Source of the DNA: Alphaproteobacteria bacterium | GTDB lineage: Bacteria > Pseudomonadota > Alphaproteobacteria > UBA8366 | Length of the DNA: 64,000 bases | NCBI GenBank assembly: GCA_965228975.1 | Contig: OZ245851.1 | Coordinates: forward strand, 5,568,656-5,632,655 | Reading direction: 5' to 3' | Shown here: one piece after another, positions 10,039-21,700 of the stretch | Layout of the letters: each line of letters begins with the position of its first letter | Position numbering within the stretch: the stretch's first letter is position 1 | Made by a program: the position numbers and the translations under genes | Notes under the pieces: model-generated | What the model saw: the letters and a program-made list of their open reading frames with translations, nothing else | Database searches by the model: none | What the model was told of the DNA's origin: nothing

Positions 10039-10232
10039 AGCATGGCTCCCTTCTGCTGCAGTCTTCCTGGTGCTTTTTGTGCGGACTCCGCCGAGGGATC
10101 GACCGGATTCCTCGGACCCGGGCATTCTTGGTAGGCAACAACTAAATCACAGCGGTTCGCGCCCGTCCATTCCGGACAGTCCCCGTTTAGACGACTTGTT
10201 CGGCACGGCAGCCATCGGATAGGGTCTGGCCC

Positions 10233-10568
10233 ATGTCACGAATCTATCATCTAGTGCGCAGTGCGGATTGGGATGCGGCGGCCGATGCCTATCACGGCAG
10301 CGCGGAGGACACCCGCGACGGGTTCCTGCATTTCTCGACCGCCGCGCAGATCGTCGACAGCGCGGCCAAGCACCGCCGGGGCGAACGCGATCTGTTGTTG
10401 ATAGCGGTTGACGACGACCAGCTCGGTGACGCGCTGAAATGGGAGGCGTCGCGCGGCGGCCAATTGTTTCCGCACCTCTATGGACCGTTGCCGATGGCGG
10501 CGGTGGCGTGGGCCCGCCCTCTGCCGTTGGGCGACGACGGGTTGCATCAATTTCCGGTGCTGGATTGA
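10233..10568 (+). CDS. DUF952 domain protein
   Basis: IYHL, DGFLHFST, LKWE and FPHLYGPL motifs; directly upstream of pyrD. Confidence 0.92.
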   Translation: MSRIYHLVRSADWDAAADAYHGSAEDTRDGFLHFSTAAQIVDSAAKHRRGERDLLLIAVDDDQLGDALKWEASRGGQLFPHLYGPLPMAAVAWARPLPLGDDGLHQFPVLD

Positions 10569-10571
10569 CTC

Positions 10572-11621
10572 ATGGATCTGTCCCGTACCGTTTTTCCGCT
10601 GCTGCGACGGCTTGATCCGGAGCGTGCCCATAACCTGACGATCTGGGCGCTCCGCAACGGGTTCGGCCCGGAACGGGACGTGGAGAGCGACCCACGGCTG
10701 CGCCAGACGCTTTGGGGACTGGAATTTCCCAACCCCGTCGGCATCAGCGCAGGATTCGACAAGAACGCGGAAGTCTTCGATCCGCTGCTGCGGGCCGGTT
10801 TCGGGTTTGTCGAGGTCGGCACCGTGACGCCGCGGCCGCAGGTGGGCAATCCGAAGCCGCGGCTGTTCCGGCTGTCGGAAGACGATGCCCTGATCAACCG
10901 GATGGGATTCAACAACCAGGGCCTCGATCCGGTGATCGCGCGTCTGTCCAACCGGCGCGGTGGCGTGGTCGGCGTCAACATCGGCATCAACAAGGATTGC
11001 ACCGATCCGGAGCGCGACTACGCGCTGGCCGCCGGGCGGTTGGCGCCGCTGGCGGACTATCTGGTGATCAACGTGTCGTCTCCCAACACGCCGGGGTTAC
11101 GCGCGCTGCAGAGCAAATCCGCTCTACGGGGCCTCGTTACCCGGGTCCAGACCGCGTTGCGGGATTCGGTGCCCAAGCCGCCGCCGCTCTTGGTCAAGAT
11201 CGCGCCGGATCTGACCGTCGAGGACGAACGGGACATCGCCGACGTGGCGATGACGCTCGGGTTGCAGGGTTTGATCGTCAGCAATACGACGATCGGCCGG
11301 ACGACCCCCCTGGCGTCGCCGTATCGTGATGAGGGAGGCGGGTTGAGCGGCCGCCCGTTGTTCGAGCAATCGACGGCATTGCTGGCCCGGATGTACCGGA
11401 TGACCGAGGGCACAATCCCGATCATCGGTGTTGGCGGCATCTGTACCGCCCAGGACGCCTACGAGAAAATCCGGGCGGGCGCGTCGTTGGTGCAACTCTA
11501 TTCGGCGTTGGCGTTGCAAGGACCGACGCTTCTGCCGGAAATTCTGGACGGACTCGGCGACTTGCTGGCCGCGGACGGCTTCGAGACCGTGGCCGATGCG
11601 GTCGGGGCCGCGCGACGCTAG
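10572..11621 (+). CDS. pyrD: Quinone-dependent dihydroorotate dehydrogenase
   Basis: AGFDKNAE, INRMGFNN, NVSSPNTPGLR, VKIAPD and GGLSG motifs. Confidence 0.97.
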   Translation: MDLSRTVFPLLRRLDPERAHNLTIWALRNGFGPERDVESDPRLRQTLWGLEFPNPVGISAGFDKNAEVFDPLLRAGFGFVEVGTVTPRPQVGNPKPRLFRLSEDDALINRMGFNNQGLDPVIARLSNRRGGVVGVNIGINKDCTDPERDYALAAGRLAPLADYLVINVSSPNTPGLRALQSKSALRGLVTRVQTALRDSVPKPPPLLVKIAPDLTVEDERDIADVAMTLGLQGLIVSNTTIGRTTPLASPYRDEGGGLSGRPLFEQSTALLARMYRMTEGTIPIIGVGGICTAQDAYEKIRAGASLVQLYSALALQGPTLLPEILDGLGDLLAADGFETVADAVGAARR

Positions 11622-11729
11622 ATGCAGTTGTGTTTGGATCGGTGACGGCGGCCGGGCTTGTGCGTCATTTACGGGACGCGTAGGCTGCGAGACCGGCTGA
11701 GACAGCTCGGAAAAGCGACCGGGGCATTA

Positions 11730-13040
11730 ATGTCGCGAATGCTGCAGACCCTTTATTTCGTTTGTTATGCCGTGGCGGCGATCGCCATCGCGTTTGCCGT
11801 GCCGCGGTATTTTCCGGATGCCGGACTCCTGATGGCGGTGCTGAGCGGTGCGGTGGTGTTCCTCGCGGGCGCGCTGGCCCATGAGTTCGCCGTCCGCCGG
11901 CATAACGCATCCCGGGATTTGCACCGGCTGATCCTGTTGCATCGGGCCCATGTGCGCTTGCGCGACGATTTCGAACAGCTTGTCGCCGTCGTTTCGGATT
12001 ACGCCGAAGCGATCGATGACGAGAAAGTCGCGCTGACCCGCCCGGCGGAACCGACGCTGGATGAGCAGATACCGTCGCCGCAAACTCCCGTGCCGGAACC
12101 GGCACCGATGCAGGTGGCGCAACGGCCCCCCGCCCGCCCGCGTAACGAAACGTCGGACGGGCTCGCGGCCGAGGTCAAAATCCTGCACGACCTGGTGCAG
12201 CGCTTGTATGAGGGCGCCGCCGAAGACGGAATGCAACGGCGTGTCGAGGATCCGAAGATCGACCTGGTTCGCGATGCCTTACGGCAGAACCGCTTCGACC
12301 TCTACGGCCGGCCGATCGTGACTTTGCCGCAGCGCAAGCGGCGGTTCTATGACAGTGTCCCGCATGTCCTTTCGCCTGAAGGCATGCCCGTGCCGCCCGA
12401 CCGGTATGCCGATGCCGTGCGGGAGCACGGGTTGGCCGCTGCCTTCGAGAACATGCTGCTGTTCCGGTCGCTTCAACGGGTCCATGCCCTGCGGGCGGAG
12501 GACCCGACGGTCGGCTATCTCTGCCGTGCGACGTCGCGCAACCTGTCCGACCGTGCATTCATGTCCGATCTTCTCGCCTATCATACGGGTACCGGGTCGC
12601 CGGGCGGTCTTGCCTTCGGAGTAACCGAGGAAGACCTTATCGGACTCGATGGCAGCGGTTTGGATTCGCTCAGTCAGATTGCCCGGAACGGCATACCGCT
12701 GTGCCTGTACCATCCGGAAAAACTGGATATGGATTCGACCCGATTGTTCGAGCATGGCTTCCGAATGATCAAGATCGACGCCTCGGTGCTGATGGCGGCG
12801 ATCCCGCATGACCTCGAATCCGACCGGATGCGGTTGCTCAAACGCGCGTTGGACCGGGCCGGCATCGACCTGATCGTCGACGGGATCGACACCGAGGAGA
12901 AACTCGTGGAACTGCTCGATTTCAACATCGATTTCGGTCTTGGGCCGTTGTTCGGCGATATTCAGAAATTGGAACCGAAGGCCGGGGCCGTTTCCGAAGA
13001 CGACGACCCTGTCACCCGCGCCGCCGCGGAAGGTGCGTGA
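11730..13040 (+). CDS. Membrane-anchored degenerate EAL-domain protein (TipF-like)
   Basis: Two N-terminal TM segments, Pro-rich linker, PIVTLPQRKRRFY, IKID and IDFGLGPLFG; EAL motif absent. Confidence 0.75.
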   Translation: MSRMLQTLYFVCYAVAAIAIAFAVPRYFPDAGLLMAVLSGAVVFLAGALAHEFAVRRHNASRDLHRLILLHRAHVRLRDDFEQLVAVVSDYAEAIDDEKVALTRPAEPTLDEQIPSPQTPVPEPAPMQVAQRPPARPRNETSDGLAAEVKILHDLVQRLYEGAAEDGMQRRVEDPKIDLVRDALRQNRFDLYGRPIVTLPQRKRRFYDSVPHVLSPEGMPVPPDRYADAVREHGLAAAFENMLLFRSLQRVHALRAEDPTVGYLCRATSRNLSDRAFMSDLLAYHTGTGSPGGLAFGVTEEDLIGLDGSGLDSLSQIARNGIPLCLYHPEKLDMDSTRLFEHGFRMIKIDASVLMAAIPHDLESDRMRLLKRALDRAGIDLIVDGIDTEEKLVELLDFNIDFGLGPLFGDIQKLEPKAGAVSEDDDPVTRAAAEGA

Positions 13041-13097
13041 CGCCGCCGTCGCTTGGCGGGTATATAAGGCGCGCAACGACCTCGGAGCCACCGACCC

Positions 13098-13964
13098 GTG
13101 ACCGACACCCGATTCTTGGACGGCATTCGTTCGATTGCCGACGGCTACGACCTGTTCCTGCTCGACCAATGGGGCGTGCTGCATAATGGCGAGACGCTGC
13201 ACGACGGCGCGCGCGCGGCGATGCAGGCGTTGCGAGAGTCGGGCAAGCATATCGTTCTGATCTCGAATTCGTCGAAGCGGACCGATGTATCCGTCGCGAA
13301 TCTGGAGAGGATGGGGATCGAGCGCGCGCTCTACGACACGGTGATAACGTCCGGCGAGATCGCTTGGCAGGCGATGAAGGCCGGCGACGATCCTTATTTC
13401 GCAAACCTTGGCAGGCGCTGCATCATGTCTACGTGGGGCGGCGACAATAGTTTCCTAGATGGCCAAGACCTGGAAGAGGTGGACTCGGTCGACGATGCCG
13501 ATTTTGTCCTCTTGTCCGGCACCAGCGGCGCCGACGCCAGCATTTACGACGAGATGCTTCAGGCGGCAGCTGCCCGCAATTTGCCGATGCTGTGTTTGAA
13601 CCGCGATTTGGTGAGCGTCGACCCTACCGGCCGGCTGATCGATTGTTCGGGCAAGGTGGCGCAACGGTATGAGAGCTTCGGCGGCAAGGTCCGCTACTAT
13701 GGGAAGCCCGGCCGGGACATCTACGAGGCTTGTCTTGCGGCGGCGCCGAGCGCCGAGCAGCCGATCGCGGTCGGGGATTCACTCCACCACGATATCGCCG
13801 GGGCGGCCGGAATGGGGATCGATTCGATCTTCGTAACCGCCGGTATCCATCGTTTCGACCTGGGCGTTCCCGACGGCGGATGCCCTGATGCTGACGCGGT
13901 GGCACGACTGGCCGGCGAGTATGGGGTGACGCCGACCTTCACGATGCCGTCTTTCGTCTGGTAG
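13098..13964 (+). CDS. HAD-superfamily IIA hydrolase (TIGR01459-like)
   Basis: LLDQWGVLH, ISNS, GKP and GDSLHHDI motifs. Confidence 0.9.
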   Translation: MTDTRFLDGIRSIADGYDLFLLDQWGVLHNGETLHDGARAAMQALRESGKHIVLISNSSKRTDVSVANLERMGIERALYDTVITSGEIAWQAMKAGDDPYFANLGRRCIMSTWGGDNSFLDGQDLEEVDSVDDADFVLLSGTSGADASIYDEMLQAAAARNLPMLCLNRDLVSVDPTGRLIDCSGKVAQRYESFGGKVRYYGKPGRDIYEACLAAAPSAEQPIAVGDSLHHDIAGAAGMGIDSIFVTAGIHRFDLGVPDGGCPDADAVARLAGEYGVTPTFTMPSFVW

Positions 13965-13983
13965 AGGGTGCCCTCCAGAACGG

Positions 13984-15180
13984 TCAGCCGCTGGCGGCCA
14001 CCGGATTGCCGCCGGTTATCTCGAGCACGGCGCTCGCGAGGCGCTCGTAATCGGACATCTCATTGTACAGATAGGCCGAGAGCCGGACCCAGAGCCGGCC
14101 ATTGAACGGCGTGATATGGACTTCGATCCGATAATCGCCGCGGAGTGTCCGGCGCAAATCGGCCGCCGCCGCCGGCGTCGCGGGGCCGTCGACCGGCAAG
14201 GCGACGGTCGCCATATTGCTGAACATTTCGAGCGGCGCGCCGGTCAGCGTGTCCCATTGGTCGCGCAACAGACCGGCGGCGCGTTGCGCGAGATCCTGGG
14301 TGTAAGCCTGAACCCTGTCGCCGCCGAGTGCGCCGCGATGGCGCAACGTCTCGGAAACGGCCAGCCAGGCACTGAAATCCATGGTGCCGGGCCAATCGAA
14401 GGCTTCCGCAAAACCGTCGCCGAAACGATTGCTGATCGCCGTGGGGCGGATCAATCCTTGCCGGTCCGGATGCACCCACAGGAAACCGCATCCTTGCGGC
14501 GTGCCGAGCCAATTGTGGCAACTCCCGGCATACCAGCGGACGCCGTGGTTGCCGAGACGGTCCAGATCGACGGGGACGTTGCCCGGCCCGTGGGTTCCGT
14601 CGATGAGCACGGCGATGCCGCGCTCCGCGCATCGCGACGCGATCCGTTCGATCGGCAGGACCAGCGCGGTCTCATGCGTCACATGGTCGAGCATCACCAG
14701 CCGGGTTCTTGGCGAGATGGCGCCCACGATAGCGGAAACGATGTCGTTCTCGTTCCGCACCGGGAAGGGCACGTCGGCGAAAATCAGGCGGGCGCCGGCG
14801 CGTTCACAGACGAAATCGAGCGTGCGGCGCGCCGAGATATAGAGATGATTGGTGACCACGACCTCGTCACCGGGCATCAACACCAGCGATCGCAGGACCG
14901 CATTGATGCCGGCGGTCACATTGTTGACGAAGACCAGGTCATCGCCCGTGCCGCCGAGATGCTCGGCAAGTTCCCCGGCGGCCTGGCGCAAGGCGGTCGG
15001 CAACTGCTGTTCGAAGAATGCCGTCGGATTGGCGGCGGTTCGATCACGCCAACCGCGGGCGGCGTCTTCCACGGGAATTGCCGGGGCGCCGAACGCGCCA
15101 TGGTTCAAATAGGTAATGCCTGGCTCGAATTGCCATTGGTCGCGCAGGGTATGGCCGTATCTCGGCACCGGATTGCGCAC
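13984..15180 (-). CDS. Class V PLP-fold protein (isopenicillin N epimerase / C-S lyase-like), lacking the Schiff-base Lys
   Basis: YLNHGAFG, DGTHGPG, GSCHNW (HKW expected) and RLSAYLYN motifs. Confidence 0.85.
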   Translation of the reverse strand: MRNPVPRYGHTLRDQWQFEPGITYLNHGAFGAPAIPVEDAARGWRDRTAANPTAFFEQQLPTALRQAAGELAEHLGGTGDDLVFVNNVTAGINAVLRSLVLMPGDEVVVTNHLYISARRTLDFVCERAGARLIFADVPFPVRNENDIVSAIVGAISPRTRLVMLDHVTHETALVLPIERIASRCAERGIAVLIDGTHGPGNVPVDLDRLGNHGVRWYAGSCHNWLGTPQGCGFLWVHPDRQGLIRPTAISNRFGDGFAEAFDWPGTMDFSAWLAVSETLRHRGALGGDRVQAYTQDLAQRAAGLLRDQWDTLTGAPLEMFSNMATVALPVDGPATPAAAADLRRTLRGDYRIEVHITPFNGRLWVRLSAYLYNEMSDYERLASAVLEITGGNPVAASG

Positions 15181-15357
15181 CGGCCTGCTCCTTCTCCGGA
15201 TTCTTGCTATTTTTTATAGTGTCCGCCGGAGAGGCCGGGCCGTCAAGCGCGCCGGGCGATCACAAGTAATTGTGAATTGGTCATCCATGCTTGCCCGTAA
15301 TCCGGGTGGAGCGGCAGACTGTCGGATGCATGCTGCGGCAACGACAAGGAGCATCCG

Positions 15358-15849
15358 ATGAATCCCGCAAAATGGCTGTTTCCCGTCTTCCTCGGGGGCC
15401 TGATGGCGATTGCCGTTGGCGTCGACGCGCCGGTCGCCAGGGCTGGCGAGTTGCCCTATCCCGAGACCCAGGTGATCAAGACGCCATTCGGCTTCAAGGC
15501 GCTGCATCGGCGGTTGGAAGCGGCGGTCGAGAAGAACAAGGTCTTCGTGGTGACGCGGGCCAGCGCCAGCGCGGGCGCGAAGGGCCGGGGCATCACGATC
15601 CCCGGTAATCTGGTGATCGGCGTCTACCGGAACGACTTCGCCGTGCGAATGCTCGAGGCCAGCGTACCGGCCGGCATCGAAGCGCCGCTGCGCTTCTATC
15701 TGACGGAGAATTCCGACAAGACGGCGACGCTGACCTACCGCAAGCCGAGCGCCGTCTTCAAACCCTATGGCAGTAAGGACCTGGATGCGCTCGCGTCCGA
15801 GCTTGACGGGATCTGGGCGGCGATCGTCAGGGACACGTTGAAGAAATAG
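15358..15849 (+). CDS. DUF302 domain protein, exported
   Basis: Signal peptide; AGIEAPLRFY and LTYRKPS motifs. Confidence 0.82.
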   Translation: MNPAKWLFPVFLGGLMAIAVGVDAPVARAGELPYPETQVIKTPFGFKALHRRLEAAVEKNKVFVVTRASASAGAKGRGITIPGNLVIGVYRNDFAVRMLEASVPAGIEAPLRFYLTENSDKTATLTYRKPSAVFKPYGSKDLDALASELDGIWAAIVRDTLKK

Positions 15850-15864
15850 CCGCGTCGGCCTTCG

Positions 15865-17109
<1,245 letters not shown>

Positions 17110-17133
17110 TCAGAAAATTGCCGGTTTGGCGTC

Positions 17134-17159
17134 AAAAAGCCCGCCATCGGGCGGGCTTT
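17134..17159 (-). terminator. Rho-independent terminator after rpmB
   Basis: Minus strand AAAGCCCGCC-CGAT-GGCGGGCTTTTT hairpin with U tract. Confidence 0.75.
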
Positions 17160-17185
17160 CGCTCGTCGGTCGAGACTTTCAACCG

Positions 17186-17476
17186 TTACGCGGCCTTGGC
17201 GATTTTCCGCTGGATTCGCCGCTTCAGGCGCAGCGCCTCGGGCGGCAGCTTGCGGTTAGGCGTGCCCAGCAGATAGGCGTCGAGGCCGCCCTTGAATTCG
17301 ATCGTCCGGATCGTCCGCGGCGTGATGCGGAGGCGGACCATTTCGCCCAGGGCGTCGCTCAACAGCGATGTATTCTGCAAATTCGGCAGAAAACGGCGCT
17401 TCGTCCGGTTCTTCGCGTGGCTGACGTTATTCCCGGACATTGGGCCGGTGCCCGAAATCATACAGCGGCGTGCCAT
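17186..17476 (-). CDS. rpmB: 50S ribosomal protein L28
   Basis: MARRC...[20 protein letters not shown]. Confidence 0.97.
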   Translation of the reverse strand: MARRCMISGTGPMSGNNVSHAKNRTKRRFLPNLQNTSLLSDALGEMVRLRITPRTIRTIEFKGGLDAYLLGTPNRKLPPEALRLKRRIQRKIAKAA

Positions 17477-17577
17477 GAGCCTGATCCACTTCGCCAAACG
17501 GTTGATACAATACAATTTGAACCCGAACGCATACGACGTTCGGGGCCGGGACCGTCATTCGATGCCGACCGGCCGGT

Positions 17578-17606
17578 CTTGTATGGCAGAGCGGGCGGTA
17601 CGTCAA
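17578..17606 (-). promoter_or_regulatory. Putative sigma70 promoter of rpmB
   Basis: TTGACG-N17-TACAAG on the minus strand. Confidence 0.45.
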
Positions 17607-17629
17607 GGTACAACGGACGGAAACCTTCC

Positions 17630-18076
17630 CTATTTTGGGTCCCTGGCATTCGGCTGTCCCTCAATTGGTTCGGCGCCGGGACCGAGGGGTTGACCGTAGC
17701 TGAATTCGACGAAATTGCCGTCCGGGTCCTTCAAACCGCAATAATAGCCGACCGGATAGGGTTCCTGTCGGGGTTCCCATTCGAGGCATCCGTCGGTCCG
17801 GGCCCGGTCGGCCAACCGATCCACGGCATCCCGGCTCTCCACCGCGAACCCGAGATGGCTGAAATCGTTCTCCGCCGGCACCCGGTTGGGTCCGCCGGAA
17901 AGCAGGACAAAGATGAATTCCTGTTCCCGCCCCGGTTCCGCCAGCCATACGACATTGGACCCGGCGGGATCGCGCCGTTCGTGCGTCACGCGCATGCCGC
18001 AGTAGCGACGGTAGAAGTCTAGGCAGGCGTCCAGGTCCCGCACATGCAACGCGATATGGGTCAACGTGATCGTCAT
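17630..18076 (-). CDS. VOC family protein
   Basis: LTHIALHV, HLGFAV and DPDGNFVEFS motifs. Confidence 0.9.
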   Translation of the reverse strand: MTITLTHIALHVRDLDACLDFYRRYCGMRVTHERRDPAGSNVVWLAEPGREQEFIFVLLSGGPNRVPAENDFSHLGFAVESRDAVDRLADRARTDGCLEWEPRQEPYPVGYYCGLKDPDGNFVEFSYGQPLGPGAEPIEGQPNARDPK

Positions 18077-18106
18077 GACGCGGACTCCGGCCTCGGATCG
18101 GGAAGT

Positions 18107-18568
18107 CTATGATACGCCGGGCGTGTTAAGTGCGATCGGCTTGTTCTCGGCGACTGTCGACAGCACCACCGACGACACCGTCTCCCCATGTTCGCGGAAC
18201 CGTTCGATCGTCGCTTCCAGGTCGGGCATGGCGGTGGCGGCTACCTTGACCAGGAAACAGTCCTCCCCGGTCACGTGATGGCATTCCAGCACGGCCGGTA
18301 AGTCGCAGGCAAGGCGCTGTACCGCTTTGAACTTATCCGTGGTGCAGCGCACCCGTAGAAAGGCGGTGATCGGCAGGCCCGCGGCCGCCCGGTCGATCTG
18401 ACCGTGATATCCGGTCAGGACGCCGGCATTTTCCAACCGGCGCACGCGGTCCGCCACCGCGGGTTGGGATAGCTCGACCCGCCGCCCAAGTGCCCGAAAC
18501 GACAGCCGAGCGTCCTCTTGCAGACAGATCAACAGTTTGCGGTCGAGAGGATCGAGAGAGAATTTCAT
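18107..18568 (-). CDS. Lrp/AsnC family transcriptional regulator
   Basis: LDPLDRKLL...LSQPAVADRVRRLE HTH and ECHHVTGEDCF. Confidence 0.93.
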   Translation of the reverse strand: MKFSLDPLDRKLLICLQEDARLSFRALGRRVELSQPAVADRVRRLENAGVLTGYHGQIDRAAAGLPITAFLRVRCTTDKFKAVQRLACDLPAVLECHHVTGEDCFLVKVAATAMPDLEATIERFREHGETVSSVVLSTVAENKPIALNTPGVS

Positions 18569-18733
18569 TTGAAAAGGAATATATCACTGAAAATTGCAAA
18601 TGAAAGAAATTTGTAGAATTTGCATAATTATGAAATGTGATTAGTCGAATACAACATCGAACGGAATTCAGGTTCCGTTCACGAGTTATAAATTCAAAGG
18701 AAGCTAAGGGTGCCGCAGGTACGGCGATGGCGA

Positions 18734-21700
18734 TCAGTCGCCGAGCGGGTCGCGGCCGATCGCACGGCAGACCAGCAGGTAGAGTTTGCCCACGTCGCCG
18801 GTCATGAAGGTGGAATGCAGCACGTTTTCCGGGTCCACCGCCTGCGATTCCTTCAACAGCCGCTCGAAGTAATCGATATAGCGGATGACGTAGCGGCGCA
18901 TTTCCTCGTCGTTTCGCACCTTGTCGGTAATCTGCGAGACCAGATTGGATTGCCGGCCGCGCAGCAGGGCGCGGGTGAAGATGCCGCGTTCGCCGCGGAC
19001 ATAGCGTTTCCAGTCGGAGTCGGGAATTTCGCTGTTCAACAGGCGGGTCAGGTCGATAGAGGTGGAATGCAGGTCCTCGACGATATGACGCGCCGTCTGC
19101 AGGAAGAGATCGCGGCGGCCCTCTTCGTCCCGCTCCTTGAGACTTGCCGCCTGTTCGGCGGCGTCGGCCGACGCTTGCGTCAACATGACCGCCTGCCGGT
19201 CGAACTCGCGGCTGGCGTCCTTGGCCTTGGCGGTGACCGCCTCCATCGTGTCGTTCAACTCACGGCCATGCTGCGTCACGGTCTGCTTGATCGCTTCCAT
19301 TTCGCGCTTGGCGTCGTCGGTCGTGCTGAGCAGCTTGTCGGCCTGGCGCGACAGGGCGTCGCCGACGTCGCGGATCCGATGGTTCGCCGCCTCGCTGGCG
19401 TTGTCCAGTTCCTTGGTCTGGTTGCGGAACCCTTCGGCGAGGGCGCTCAGCCGCGCGGCGACGCCGTCGGCGGATTCGGAAAGGTTGCCGACCTGCTGGC
19501 CGAATGCGCCGCCGATCAATTGCAGGCGTTCCGCGGCTTCCCGGGCCGCCGTGGTCAGCGCCTCGGATTCGGCGTTGAGCGCGTCCCGGTTGTCGTTGAT
19601 CTGCATGCCGGCGCGGACCGAGGCGCTGGTCAGTTGTTCGGTCTGCTGCTCGAACTTCTCGCTGAGTTCGTCGATCAGTTTGAGCGCCTCGCGCATGGCC
19701 GCCTTCATTTCGTTCGATTCCGTGGTGAAGACGCTGCCGGCGGATGAAATCCGGGCGTTCACCGTTTCGGACGCGGACAGCAGGGCGGCGACCTGCGCCT
19801 TCAGGGCCGACTCCAATTCGCTGGTGCGGGTTCTGGAGTCGTCGCTGGATTTCCGAAGCGATTCGGCATGGCGCGCGACCTGCGTTTCCACGTCGCCGGC
19901 ACGCTGCGCCAGAAGGTCCGCCAATTCCTGCAGCGTCGCGGTGTCGGCGCTCAACAGGTCGCGAATGCGTCCCGCTTCCTGGCTGGCCTTTTCCGTGGCA
20001 TCGGTCAGGCCTTCGGTGTGATCGGCGATCAGCTCGCGGATATCGCGCACCTGTTTTGCGGCATGGTCCGATGCATCGTGCAGGTTACGGCTCTGCTTAT
20101 CCATCAGTTCGGCGATCGAATCGGCATTGGCGGCCGACCAATCCGCGGCCTCGCGCAGCGCGGAAGCTTGCGCATGAAGGGAATCGGCCATCGCCTGAGC
20201 CTTGTCGATCGCCGGATCGATGACCTCGCCGATTTCACGCGAGCCTTCCTGCATCGATGCGCGGATTTGCGCGGTGCGTGCGGCCAAGATGCCTTCGACT
20301 TCCTTGGCCTGCTGCTCCGCGCGCTCGGACGCAGAATTCAGATGGTCGGTCTGGCGGCGCAGGGCTTCGCCGATCGCATCGGTACGCGCCGCGACCAGAT
20401 CGGTCGATTTCCCGAGATGCTCGCTTTGCTCGCGCAAGGTCTGGCTCATCTCTTCCAGCCGCTCGGTCGCGCTGGCCGAGGCCGCCGTCAATTCACCCGA
20501 TTGCCGCCGCGAGACTTCCTCGACCGCGTTGACCTGCAGGGCGACTTCCTCGGCGATATTGGATAGTTCCTTGCCCTGGTCCTCCAACGCTTGTCGGATG
20601 CTGTCCGCGTGCAGCCCGGTGCGTTCGGTGATGTTGGATAGGTTCTCCGCTTGCTCGCGCATGCCATAGGTGAGCGTGTTGATCTGCTCCATCGTTTGGT
20701 CGATGGCGTTGCTCAACGTATTGCCTTGCGACGTCACCGCGTCTTCTAGCCGGTCCGACAGGTCGGCCGACTGTTTGTCGATCGCAGCCTCGATATTCTT
20801 CGCATGGTTCGTGGCGGATTCGAGCAGCCGATCCAAATCCATCGCCTGTTTCTGCAGGCCCGCGTCCAAGGTTTCCGTAATCGAAACGGTTCGGCGGGTC
20901 AGTCCCTCCGCCATGCGCTCGACCCGTTCGGCGGCGCGTTCGGTCATCGTGCCGACGGCATTGGCGTGATCGTCGAAGGCGCGTTCCAGCCGCTCGGAAA
21001 CTCTGCCGCTGTGCTCGCGCATCGCGTTGATGACCTCGATGGCCTTTGTCGTCACCGAGTCGCCCATGCCGCTAAGGCCGTCGATCCCTTCCTGCAGGTG
21101 AGATCGTATTTCCTGGCTTCGGGCGTCGGCGGCGTCCGTCGCGGCGTCCAGGGATTCGGCATATTTCTTGAACATGTCGGCCATGTCGCGGGCCTGCTCG
21201 GCCGAGCGGTCGGATGCGCTGGTCAGGTCGGCGGCCTGCAAGCGAAGGGCGGCATTGATCTCGTCCGAATGCAGCAACGCCCGGGTGGTGACTTCTTCGA
21301 GTTTGTTGGCGTCCGTGTCCAGTCCGTCGCCGATTTCCTTGCGCTTTTCTTCGAGGCGTTCGGCCAGCCCGTCGATCGAGTTGAGCTGCTCGGTCAACGA
21401 GCCGCCGATCTGCGAGAGTTCCGCCGCGACCTTGTTCGAGGCTTCGTCGAGCGCGCCGACTTGGCGTTCCATCGATTCCGAGAGGTTTTGCAGTTGCGCG
21501 GCGGCCTTGTCGCTGGCGCGGGTCAGTTCCTCGGACTGCCGTTTCAACGATTCCGAGATGTCGTGGATACGGGCTTCGGATTCCTCGGACGGATAGGTCA
21601 GCAGTTCGTACTGGCGTTGCAGCGTCTCCGTATATTGCCGGATTTCGTAGCTGCGCCGGAAGAAAGCGACGACGATCCATAGAATGGCGATAGGCAGCGA

